In this document: positions 1 through 8,238 of the stretch, one piece after another
Numbering within the stretch: the first letter of the stretch is position 1
Layout of the letters: every line of letters starts with the position of its first letter
IMG/VR virus record: IMGVR_UViG_3300044535_000365
Length of the DNA stretch: 64,000 nt
Reading direction: 5' to 3' (one strand)
DNA from: an uncultured virus (IMG/VR IMGVR_UViG_3300044535_000365)
Taxonomy: Duplodnaviria; Heunggongvirae; Uroviricota; Caudoviricetes
Notes under the pieces: model-generated
Database searches by the model: none
What the model was told of the DNA's origin: nothing
What the model saw: only the letters and a program-made list of their open reading frames with translations
Made by a program: the position numbers and the translations under genes

Positions 1-672
1 TCCTCCAGCGCCGCCGCCACCTGTTCCTCCCGATCCAGTAGCAGGATTAGCAGCAAAGTCTGTATTAGTCTTTTGGGCTACGGTTAAGTTTTGTAAATTG
101 ATATTAATATCTTTGATTACATATTGTTCTGGTTGTTTACCTTCACTTTCGTTTACAATAACTTTGACTACTTTAGTCATGTCTATCCAATAAAGCTTAA
201 AGTTTTCTGGATCTCTTACAAATACTTGATCACCGTATTTTAGCGTGTTTCTAAAAATCTTAAATATTCTAGTATCAAATTGATTAAGTTTACACCATTG
301 TTGTAACTGAGTTTTAATCATTTCTATTTCGTGCGGTGTGGGTTCTTCAGTAAATTCTACATCAAAAGGAGTTTTATTGTGTTCATTACGTTGAGTAGAA
401 AACTCTGAAATGATATCTAAACATGCGTTAACTTCAGCATCAACATCCATCATTTCATATTGATTGTAACGTTCTATTCTATTTGGATGTCCAGTATATA
501 CTTCAGGTAATCTTGACATGTAGTTTTTATAGCCCATGTCATGATTATTCCACCCGCCGGTAGATGATCCGTTTTGTCCAGGTGAACCATTCCAGGCGCC
601 TAGATTGCTATTCACACCAGAAATCGGACTAGATATACCGCTTTTGTTTAAAAATTTCTTTTTATATGACAT
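1..672 (-). CDS. gp20: T4 gp20-like portal protein (5' part, runs off the window)
   Basis: Not in the ORF track. Manual translation from ATG at 672: MSYKKKFLNKSGISSP...RIERYNQYEMMDVDAEVNACLDIISEF...RIFKIFRNTLKYGDQVFVRDP, open to base 1. The Y-x-x-M...EV..A.D.I..E and FR....G pattern resembles T4-like portals. CTAAATA late motif upstream. Confidence 0.8.
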   Translation of the reverse strand, partial: MSYKKKFLNKSGISSPISGVNSNLGAWNGSPGQNGSSTGGWNNHDMGYKNYMSRLPEVYTGHPNRIERYNQYEMMDVDAEVNACLDIISEFSTQRNEHNKTPFDVEFTEEPTPHEIEMIKTQLQQWCKLNQFDTRIFKIFRNTLKYGDQVFVRDPENFKLYWIDMTKVVKVIVNESEGKQPEQYVIKDININLQNLTVAQKTNTDFAANPATGSGGTGGGGAGG

Positions 673-696
673 AATTAATCTACTTAGTTAATAGTG

Positions 697-703
697 TATT
701 TAG
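697..703 (-). promoter_or_regulatory. Late promoter-like motif (CTAAATA) upstream of portal
   Basis: Matches the recurring (A/C)TAAATA motif found before structural genes in this window; resembles the T4 late promoter TATAAATA. Confidence 0.55.
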
Positions 704-707
704 TTTA

Positions 708-3700
708 TTATACAGTATTACTTAATATTCTTTCTTGAATATAATTACTTTCACCCAATTTAGAAATCATGTTGTCTAATTTAGAATTTAATGTTTCTAC
801 TAATAACATGTTTGATCTGTACAAGTCGGCTAATCTTGATTGTGAGTCATTGTTAATTTCAGTTGGTTGATTGTCCGGAGTAGTAGCTAATCTAGAAAGT
901 ATTGAGTCCGAATTAATAGGTTGTATTAACTCAGTTCCATGTAACTTTCCTAAGTATCCGGTTTCAGGGCCTGATGCTATACCGCCGGTAGCTGCTGATA
1001 TCGTTGCTGAGTCTAACATGTTTGTAACTCTTGGCCCTCTTCCGCCTACCTGATCATACCATCTACTATTTCGTAAATTATCAGCAGCAGAACCTATATC
1101 TCCTTCATTAAGTTGGTTAGATAAGTTAGGCCACCCACTTAGCCAATTTGGACCCATATTAAATGTTAAGTCTGTTAATGCTGTTTGCCCTAATCCATCT
1201 AACTGATTAAATCTAGGTATGCTCTGTGCCGCCGTTTTATGATGCATGTAATCTTGATCAAACATATCCATTACTTCATCATGACTAAATCTTCTGTTCA
1301 TTTCAGGCGGCAAATTACTACCGATTAAATGCCCCACTCCAACAGTCCAATTACCTAAAGTATCTTGATATGGTTCATATCTTATACCTTCATTGTTTAT
1401 TATAAAATCTTTTGCTTGTTGGTCAGATACATTAGTTCCTGTATTTCTTGCTATACTAACTTGCGGAGCAGGGGTAGAAGAAGTTATTCCTGTATCTGTT
1501 GCTGTACTAACTTGCGGAGCAGGGGTAGAAGAAGTTATTCCTGTATCTGTTGCTGTACTAACTTGCGGAGCAGGTGTAGTTTGAGAATTTGTATTTCCAG
1601 AGTCAGGTGATCTAACTGCTATACTTAATGATCCAAATGCTTCTATTAGTAAATCAGTAGTAGATACTAAATCATCAAACGAGTTTGTTAGTGTAGGTAT
1701 TTTACCTACAGTTGTATCATCACCGGTTAATTGAGATAATGATTGAGCTAAATCCTGTGTCGCGGTACCAAAAGCAGAAGATATGTTTCCGGTAACTGCT
1801 TCTTCTTCTTGAGTTTCAGTATCACTACTTCCGCTAAATTCTTTCCAAATTTGGTATACAGCCCAGGCTGTAGATGCATTAAGACCTAAGTTAATTAACG
1901 CCATAATCCAACCAGGGCCCGGCACAACTAGTAAACCTGCTGACAAAGCCAATTTTCCAGCTACTCTAGGTCCTAATTTAGTGCTTACCTTTTGAAGGAA
2001 TTGACTGAATCTTGAGGATCCTGCCTGTGTCGGACTTGGTGTTGATGGCGGAGTATAATTTGAATTAGACACAGTTTGCCATGTAGGTCTTATTTGTCCC
2101 GATCTCATTACTTGTTGACGAATTGTAGAACTGGTTGAAGTACCGGCAGCAGCAGCAGTACCGGCAGCAGCAGCAGTACCGGCGGCAGCAGTACCGGCGG
2201 GTGTTCCCCCTAACACTCGTCTCGCAAGACTAGTTACTATTTTTGGTGCTAAGATTACACCTAAGGCTCCAATTACTGCTGCTCCTAATCCAGAAATACC
2301 CGCACCTGATACTTCATTATTGCGTTCTTCTTTAGATACACCTGTTATTATCTCATAAAGAGCATTACCTGTTTCAAGTGTTTTTGATGCAAAGTTAGTC
2401 AGACTTGGAAGTACATTTGCACTAATAGTAGATACTACTTCTCTAAAGTTTCTACCCAATTCTTCCAATTCTGATTGCAAATTCATTACTGGATCTGTTG
2501 TGCCATCTGCTGATTCTGTTATCTTTGCGAATGCTGCCGTAATCAAAGCTAATCTTTCTTCTTCAGTTTGTCTTCTAGTTACAGCAGATGCTCCCAATCT
2601 TTCAACTGAACTTCCATATACTTCTAAATATTCTGGTCCTAAAAGTGCTGCAAGACCGTTACTATTGTCTACTATTGCATCGGATGAAACTTGTAAATCT
2701 TTTGTGAAATTTGCAACAAGTACCGCAGCTTCTTCTAACGATCCCTCAAAGTTAAATAACTCACGAACATTTCCCACAAATGACAATCCAGCTTGATTAA
2801 AACCCATTTCTATAGAAGCTATACCTTCAGTAAAAGCCATGCCTTGTGTTGCTAAGGATGTCATCGCATCAGCAGCTTGTTTGACACCCATTTTTTCAGG
2901 ACTAATACTAGTTGCTGTTATCATTAATACTTGATTCACAAGTTTCATACGATTGATGTCAGCTTCTCTTGTTGCTATTTCTTCCTGACTTAATGTAGAT
3001 TTTTTTGCTGATAACTCCTCCTCCATTCTTATTAGTTCTATATCTCTATCTGTCATTAACGCTTGAAAGTTAGCATGTTGTTGTTGAAATTCCATAGCTT
3101 TTTGTTGCTGCTCTAACGTATCTCCTGATAAAGTACTTAAAGCATACAAAACATCTCTATATTGAAGTGAGGCTTCTTGTAATTTTTTTTGTCCGCTCTC
3201 ACTTCTATCCAAAGATATACCACTTCGTAACAAACTACTAGCATAATGACCTTGATATTCAGCTAGTTGTGTTTGAGATATACCCAACATTCTATACTTT
3301 TTAAGTTGATCTTCTCCTACATGAACAAAACTAGCAAAAGCTTCTACACCTCCCGCAACTCCTCCACCAAGTGCTACTAAGGTGCTACCTTGCTTTTTTA
3401 CTATATCACCAAAAACTTGTAAATCATCACCTGAAAATCTTGATTCTCTTCCTAAACGCTCTAGCTCAGTGGCTGTTAATCCTGCTGCTCCCCCTATAGT
3501 AGCAACAGAATCAAATGTTTTTATGATAGTTCCAGTGTACTTTACTAAGCTATCTGCAAATATTTCTGCTGCTTTGGTAGCAAATTCAATGGACTTAACA
3601 AATATAGGCGACGCATTTGACGCACTGGCTAAACCTGACGCTAATGTGCCGGCGCCACTTACTACACCCTTAACTACAGGAGAAAATTTAGTTATATCGT

Positions 3701-3950
3701 TTGACACGTTTAATAACGTGGATCCAAGACTCATGAAGCTAGTAGTAAGAGTTTTTGTTAGCTCATCCAGCTTTTTTTGAGTATCAGTAAGATTTTTTAA
3801 TTTAACAGTTAAATCTTTAATTTGGTCATCAAGCTGGGTGGATACTTGGCCAGTTGTACGGATCTCTTGAACTCTTTTTATATTAGCATCGGCTAATTGT
3901 TGAGTAAATTCATTAATTTGATCTTGTAATTCATCTAAATTTAAAGCCAT
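708..3950 (-). CDS. Tape-measure-like protein with C-terminal T4-type (GH24) lysozyme
   Basis: 1080 aa, helical and Ala/Gly/Ser-rich with hydrophobic segments. EGIRYEPYQDTLGNWTVGVGH gives the E-x8-D-x5-T catalytic triad; AADNLRNSRWYDQV resembles the T4 lysozyme C-terminal helix; terminal GGIASGP..GY...LHGTE motif. Confidence 0.8.
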   Translation of the reverse strand: MALNLDELQDQINEFTQQLADANIKRVQEIRTTGQVSTQLDDQIKDLTVKLKNLTDTQKKLDELTKTLTTSFMSLGSTLLNVSNDITKFSPVVKGVVSGAGTLASGLASASNASPIFVKSIEFATKAAEIFADSLVKYTGTIIKTFDSVATIGGAAGLTATELERLGRESRFSGDDLQVFGDIVKKQGSTLVALGGGVAGGVEAFASFVHVGEDQLKKYRMLGISQTQLAEYQGHYASSLLRSGISLDRSESGQKKLQEASLQYRDVLYALSTLSGDTLEQQQKAMEFQQQHANFQALMTDRDIELIRMEEELSAKKSTLSQEEIATREADINRMKLVNQVLMITATSISPEKMGVKQAADAMTSLATQGMAFTEGIASIEMGFNQAGLSFVGNVRELFNFEGSLEEAAVLVANFTKDLQVSSDAIVDNSNGLAALLGPEYLEVYGSSVERLGASAVTRRQTEEERLALITAAFAKITESADGTTDPVMNLQSELEELGRNFREVVSTISANVLPSLTNFASKTLETGNALYEIITGVSKEERNNEVSGAGISGLGAAVIGALGVILAPKIVTSLARRVLGGTPAGTAAAGTAAAAGTAAAAGTSTSSTIRQQVMRSGQIRPTWQTVSNSNYTPPSTPSPTQAGSSRFSQFLQKVSTKLGPRVAGKLALSAGLLVVPGPGWIMALINLGLNASTAWAVYQIWKEFSGSSDTETQEEEAVTGNISSAFGTATQDLAQSLSQLTGDDTTVGKIPTLTNSFDDLVSTTDLLIEAFGSLSIAVRSPDSGNTNSQTTPAPQVSTATDTGITSSTPAPQVSTATDTGITSSTPAPQVSIARNTGTNVSDQQAKDFIINNEGIRYEPYQDTLGNWTVGVGHLIGSNLPPEMNRRFSHDEVMDMFDQDYMHHKTAAQSIPRFNQLDGLGQTALTDLTFNMGPNWLSGWPNLSNQLNEGDIGSAADNLRNSRWYDQVGGRGPRVTNMLDSATISAATGGIASGPETGYLGKLHGTELIQPINSDSILSRLATTPDNQPTEINNDSQSRLADLYRSNMLLVETLNSKLDNMISKLGESNYIQERILSNTV
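1454..1579. repeat. 51-bp tandem repeat (about 2.5 copies) encoding the TPAPQVSTATDTGITSS linker
   Basis: Units start at 1454, 1505 and 1556; the first two are identical. Confidence 0.9.
2139..2200. repeat. 15-18 bp low-complexity repeat encoding AGTAAA
   Basis: gtaccggcagcagcagca-type units visible in tandem. Confidence 0.8.
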
Positions 3951-3976
3951 TTTTTTTATTCCGGTTATTTTTGGTA

Positions 3977-4005
3977 CATAAATATACTAACACTATTTAG
4001 TGTTA
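3977..4005. promoter_or_regulatory. Overlapping divergent late promoters with an 8-bp inverted repeat
   Basis: CATAAATA on + (3977-3984), CTAAATA on - (3994-4000), and TAACACTA-TT-TAGTGTTA (3988-4005). Confidence 0.55.
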
Positions 4006-4035
4006 ATGAATAACTCCAAAATATGAGGATATCAA

Positions 4036-4869
4036 ATGAGTACATCTAATAACCCACTAAAGCAATACTTTAGAAGACCAGCTATCTATATCAAGCTACC
4101 ATCCAAGGGTAAATATTATACTCCTGATGTTTTAAATTATCCAGAAACAGAAGAAATACCTGTTTATCCTATGACAGCGATTGATGAAATTACTACAAAA
4201 ACACCCGATGCATTGTTTAACGGTAATGTAATAGTTGATCTTATAAAAAGTTGTATACCTGATATCAAAGATCCATGGAAAATAAACAATATTGATTTAG
4301 ACACTATATTGATTGGAATCAAAGTAGCTTCTACTGGAAATAGTTTAGAACTAGATTCACAGTGCCCTGCTTGCCAGAATAAAGCAACTTATGCAATTGA
4401 TCTAAATTTTGTACTAAGTGGGCTAACGTCACCTGACTATGAAGAAAAATTAGAAGTTCTTGAACTAAAGTTAAAGTTTAATCCTTTGGATTATAATGAC
4501 ATCAATCAAGCTAATTTAGCACAATTTGATTTACAAAGGTTGCTATTGTCCGTTGAACAAGAAAAAGATGCTTCAATAAAAGAACAAAAATCTCAAGAAG
4601 GGTTAAAAACTATTACAGAGTTATCAATTAAACTTATAGCTAAAACTATAGAATATGTTGAAACTCCTGATGGGCATAGAGTAGATAATAAAGAGTTTAT
4701 TGAAGACTTTTTAAGAAACTGTTCTAGAGATACTTTTAATGCAATCAAAGAGCATAACGCTAACTTAAAAGAAAAAACTAACTTAAAACCTTTGGCATTA
4801 CAATGCGGTGAATGTAATCACCAATATCAACAACCATTTACGTTGAATGTATCCGATTTTTTCGGATGA
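4036..4869 (+). CDS. T4 gp26-like baseplate hub / tail assembly chaperone
   Basis: RRPAIYIKLPS, MTAIDE, DLDTILIGIK and two CxxC pairs (CPAC, CGEC); ends in DFFG; GAGG RBS upstream. Confidence 0.7.
   Translation: MSTSNNPLKQYFRRPAIYIKLPSKGKYYTPDVLNYPETEEIPVYPMTAIDEITTKTPDALFNGNVIVDLIKSCIPDIKDPWKINNIDLDTILIGIKVASTGNSLELDSQCPACQNKATYAIDLNFVLSGLTSPDYEEKLEVLELKLKFNPLDYNDINQANLAQFDLQRLLLSVEQEKDASIKEQKSQEGLKTITELSIKLIAKTIEYVETPDGHRVDNKEFIEDFLRNCSRDTFNAIKEHNANLKEKTNLKPLALQCGECNHQYQQPFTLNVSDFFG
4857..4863 (+). other. Candidate -1 ribosomal frameshift slippery site (T TTT TTC)
   Basis: X XXY YYZ heptamer in frame at the end of the 4036 ORF; the -1 frame reads directly into the 4866 ORF; hairpin at 4873-4894 downstream. 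Confidence 0.5.
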
Positions 4870-5093
4870 GGCTCCTTAGTTTAGCCCCTGAGGATATAAA
4901 GAGCCTGATTGACCAGCTAGAAAAAGAATGTATTGAGATAAAAAGACAAGCACTTTCTTTTTCATGGTATTCTAGGGGCGGACTGTCATATACAGACGCC
5001 CTTAATTTATCTGCACCGGAAAGAAAATTAGTAAGTGAACTAATTGAATCCAACTTAGAAACAACAAAGAAATCTAAACTTCCATTCTTTTAA
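4866..5093 (+). CDS. Small baseplate/tail assembly protein (gp51-like), possibly a frameshift extension of the upstream gene
   Basis: 75 aa; WYSRGGLSYTDALNLSAPER motif; ATGA overlap with the upstream stop. Confidence 0.6.
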   Translation: MRLLSLAPEDIKSLIDQLEKECIEIKRQALSFSWYSRGGLSYTDALNLSAPERKLVSELIESNLETTKKSKLPFF

Positions 5094-5100
5094 TCTATAT

Positions 5101-5124
5101 TAAAAGTTGTCCTTACGGACAACT
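5101..5124 (-). terminator. Terminator-like hairpin AGTTGTCC-GTAA-GGACAACT followed by TTT
   Basis: Perfect 8-bp stem with a GNRA loop and a short T run on the minus strand, between convergent transcription units. Confidence 0.5.
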
Positions 5125-5580
5125 GATACACTCATTCGTATTCGCTTTGCTCATACTCATTTCGGTATCATATTGATTAAATTATATCTGGGGTTTAAAT
5201 CATTGCAGTCTTGAAGCCATGGTAGTGCTAAACAGCACTACCACTGGTTAAGATTCCTTGCGGCCTCTCGCCTTTGCCATCTGTTCCCCGTTAGAGTTAG
5301 CCGTTTAGCTACCTAACGCCACCGGTTGCTCTGTAAGGTTTGCTGGGACTGTAGTTGAAGACTAATAGTGAACAAATCACTATCGCTTCAGCAACGCATG
5401 TTCTATATCCGCAAGATAGAATAAAATATAGACTCATTCAGGGTTCGCACACATAACGAGAGCCCTGTCGGTGTTCCGTACAATCAATTACTACTAGATT
5501 GTACGCTTACTCCAGAATCCAACGGCAATAGCACTATGCTAGCAGTCTCAAGGAGAGTCGGGCTATCCCGACTAAACGAA
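5101..5580 (-). ncRNA. Putative large structured non-coding RNA (family not identified)
   Basis: ORF-free and visibly more GC-rich than its flanks. At least 8 local stems plus nested long-range helices; GNRA loops and G-U pairs favour the minus strand. Confidence 0.55.
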
Positions 5581-5590
5581 TTGTTAATAA

Positions 5591-6124
5591 TTATGACTTG
5601 GTGTCGGGTTGAGAATTAGAGTTTGAATATACTTTAAGAAGGTCTTTATTATGATTAAAAAAATGATCAAAGTCAACGAGAATCCAATCACCCTGATTTT
5701 TAGATGTATAGTACATAAACTGGTCAGTAACCCATGTGTACTTAGTTTGAACAGCGATAAACTTACCTTTGCGATTGATCTTAACAAACAAAATGTTTAG
5801 ATCGTCTTTATCTGCTACTGCCATTAACTGTTCTAACCATCCATCAAGTTGTTTACAGCTACCTGCTAGAACTTGATGAAACGGGAAGTCTCCATAAGAT
5901 TTACATTCACAATTGAAGTTAACCCATGAATCTGGAGCAGCTATATCACCTTTAAAAGACTTTACTTGGTTCGTGTCAAGAGATTCTTTTCTTACAGAAT
6001 TCTTTCCACCAACATAAGCTCCTGAATTAGGGATTCTATGAAAGCTGGATTGATATAAGTCGCTAAGATATATAGCGACTGTTCTTTCCCAAGAATTACC
6101 TTTTGCTTTTTGTGGTGATGTCAT
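5591..6124 (-). CDS. Holliday junction resolvase (Hjc-like PD-(D/E)XK nuclease)
   Basis: KAKGNSWER, SGA, GDI and ECK motifs; adjacent to Rad50/Mre11 genes. Confidence 0.8.
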   Translation of the reverse strand: MTSPQKAKGNSWERTVAIYLSDLYQSSFHRIPNSGAYVGGKNSVRKESLDTNQVKSFKGDIAAPDSWVNFNCECKSYGDFPFHQVLAGSCKQLDGWLEQLMAVADKDDLNILFVKINRKGKFIAVQTKYTWVTDQFMYYTSKNQGDWILVDFDHFFNHNKDLLKVYSNSNSQPDTKS

Positions 6125-6162
6125 ATCATTAATTATCGTGTTTCAAACTGTCCAATTTATTT

Positions 6163-8238
6163 TCATACATCTTCACTGCTAGTAGCAAAGGTTGTAAATC
6201 CGTTTTCTTTAACTACTCGCAGTACGCTAGTTACACGATTGACTAGATCATCTTTATGACTAATCAACCAAATAGATTTATTTCTAGTTCTGTTCATATC
6301 TTTTAATACTGACAATGAGTTTTCAACACCAACACTATCAGTACCGTTGTCTAACAATTCGTCAATAAACAATACATTGATTGGAGAGTACAAGTTTTCC
6401 CATACATCGCGGAACGCCCAAGACAATGCTAATATCAGTCTGTTCATTTCTCCGCGGCTAAGATTATGAAAATCTAACTCTCTACCAAGTTCAGTAATCT
6501 CTACACTCAAGTCATTTTTGAACACAACTTGATGAGGCAATCCAATCTTGTCAAGATAATGTGTCAATCTGCTGTTAAGATACGACAAGTTCTGATCAAT
6601 AATCTTTTTACGAACAAATGAGTCTTTACTGGTTAACAATTCAACCAAGAACTTCAAATGATCAGCTTTTTTACTAAGTTCATTGATCGTATCAAATTTG
6701 ATTTCTTGTAGTGCATCTTTTTTCATGTCTGCAATTTGATCAATATAAGGGTCAATTTCGTTAGCTTTCTTTTCTAATTGTTCTAGCAAATTGCTAACTT
6801 TACTTTTATGCTCAATAGCTTCTTGTTCAGTATCGTAATGAGTTTTGGGCATAGTACCTAAAGTTTCAACAACATGTTCACTAACTTGTTCTTGATATGG
6901 ATCAGTTTCATTTTGCTTAGCTTGAATCATGTTTAAGATACTTTCTAGTTCAGAGTTATGCTTAAACGCTTCTGCTTCAGTATCGTAATAAGTGTTAGGT
7001 TCCAAACCCAATTCAAAAATAGAATTTTTATTTTTTTCTAATTCATTTTGGGTTTGGGCAACATCTCCTTGTGCTGATGCTAACAAAGCTTCTTTCTGAC
7101 CTAAAACTTCATCATGCTTTGTATCATGTAAATCTTGTCCACAAGCATAGCATTTATGATCTTTAAGAGTTTCAACTTCTTTTAATAGTTTGTCTACTAG
7201 CTTTTCTTCTTTGGCTAGTGTAGTTTGTAATGAAACAATTGTTTTGTTTAAAAGAGCTAGTTCTGCTTTTTTCTTTTGATGGCTAGTTAAATCTTTGTGT
7301 GCTTGTAGTTCAGCACTAATATCAATATGACTTAGTTGGTCGTAGGATTTTAAAAGAACAGCAATTTCACTTTCGTTCTTTTCTTTCCAAGCAGTTTGTC
7401 TAGCAAGTAATGCTTCATAAGCATCTTGTTTTTTCTTACGCTCAAAATACAAAGCCAATTCTTTATGGGTTAGTAATTCTTGCTCAATATTGATTTTACT
7501 AAGATCATCATATGTAACAGCCAAATTAGTTACATCTTCATCATGCTTAGCTGTCCAAAGTTTTTGTCTGCGTATCAAACTGTCTATTTGTTCTTGTACA
7601 CGCTTATTGGCTTCTTCAATAGCTTTTACTTTAAATTCTTCTAACTGTACTTGATCTTTTGTTTCTTTAGCCAAGATTTTTAGCTTTTCAGCTTTTTCGG
7701 ATAGCAGTGTGATACCCATTAACTGTTCAATAATGTCACGCTGATCTGCTGCTTTCATAGACAAAAACGGTTCAGTATAAGTATTCAAAGCAATAATATG
7801 TTTAAACATATCATTGCTCATACCTATAATTTTTTCTATTTGTACCTGAGTTTCTTTATTTTCACCCTGTGCAGAGTCTTCACTGTCTTTTACTGCTTCT
7901 CCGCCTATGTAAAATTTCAAAAGATTGGGCTTTCTACCGCGCTCTATTTTATACTCAGTACCATTAACATTAAAGTCAAGAGTAACTAACATACCCTTTC
8001 CATTTGTACGGTTAATTAAATTATCTTTTCTGATGTTATTAATTGGAGAACCAAACATTGCGTAAGATACTGCTTGAATCATTGTTGTTTTACCAACACC
8101 ATTTCTGGCACCATCGCCCCCTAAGTCTAAGTTTTCGCCCAGAATAAGTGTTAAGTCTTTGTTATCAAAGTTTACTGCTTGGGTAACATTTCCAACAGAA
8201 AGAAAATTTCTAATTGTTAAATTCTTTAGTACGATCAT
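6163..8238 (-). CDS. gp46: Rad50/SbcC-like recombination ATPase (T4 gp46-like)
   Basis: NFLSVG, Walker A NGVGKT, CYAC zinc hook, LSRGE signature, Walker B LFIDE, ISH loop, long coiled coils. Confidence 0.95.
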   Translation of the reverse strand: MIVLKNLTIRNFLSVGNVTQAVNFDNKDLTLILGENLDLGGDGARNGVGKTTMIQAVSYAMFGSPINNIRKDNLINRTNGKGMLVTLDFNVNGTEYKIERGRKPNLLKFYIGGEAVKDSEDSAQGENKETQVQIEKIIGMSNDMFKHIIALNTYTEPFLSMKAADQRDIIEQLMGITLLSEKAEKLKILAKETKDQVQLEEFKVKAIEEANKRVQEQIDSLIRRQKLWTAKHDEDVTNLAVTYDDLSKINIEQELLTHKELALYFERKKKQDAYEALLARQTAWKEKNESEIAVLLKSYDQLSHIDISAELQAHKDLTSHQKKKAELALLNKTIVSLQTTLAKEEKLVDKLLKEVETLKDHKCYACGQDLHDTKHDEVLGQKEALLASAQGDVAQTQNELEKNKNSIFELGLEPNTYYDTEAEAFKHNSELESILNMIQAKQNETDPYQEQVSEHVVETLGTMPKTHYDTEQEAIEHKSKVSNLLEQLEKKANEIDPYIDQIADMKKDALQEIKFDTINELSKKADHLKFLVELLTSKDSFVRKKIIDQNLSYLNSRLTHYLDKIGLPHQVVFKNDLSVEITELGRELDFHNLSRGEMNRLILALSWAFRDVWENLYSPINVLFIDELLDNGTDSVGVENSLSVLKDMNRTRNKSIWLISHKDDLVNRVTSVLRVVKENGFTTFATSSEDV

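Noticed and set aside
5101..5580. Group I intron (GAGACTG and TACAGTCC resemble the R/S P7 elements)
   Set aside because: No interrupted gene flanks it, no P/Q elements were recognised before the R-like motif, and the spacing is atypical. Kept as an unidentified structured RNA; cmscan would settle it.
6163..8238. Intein explaining the long Rad50
   Set aside because: No intein splice-junction or homing-endonuclease motifs; the extra length is explained by coiled-coil duplications.
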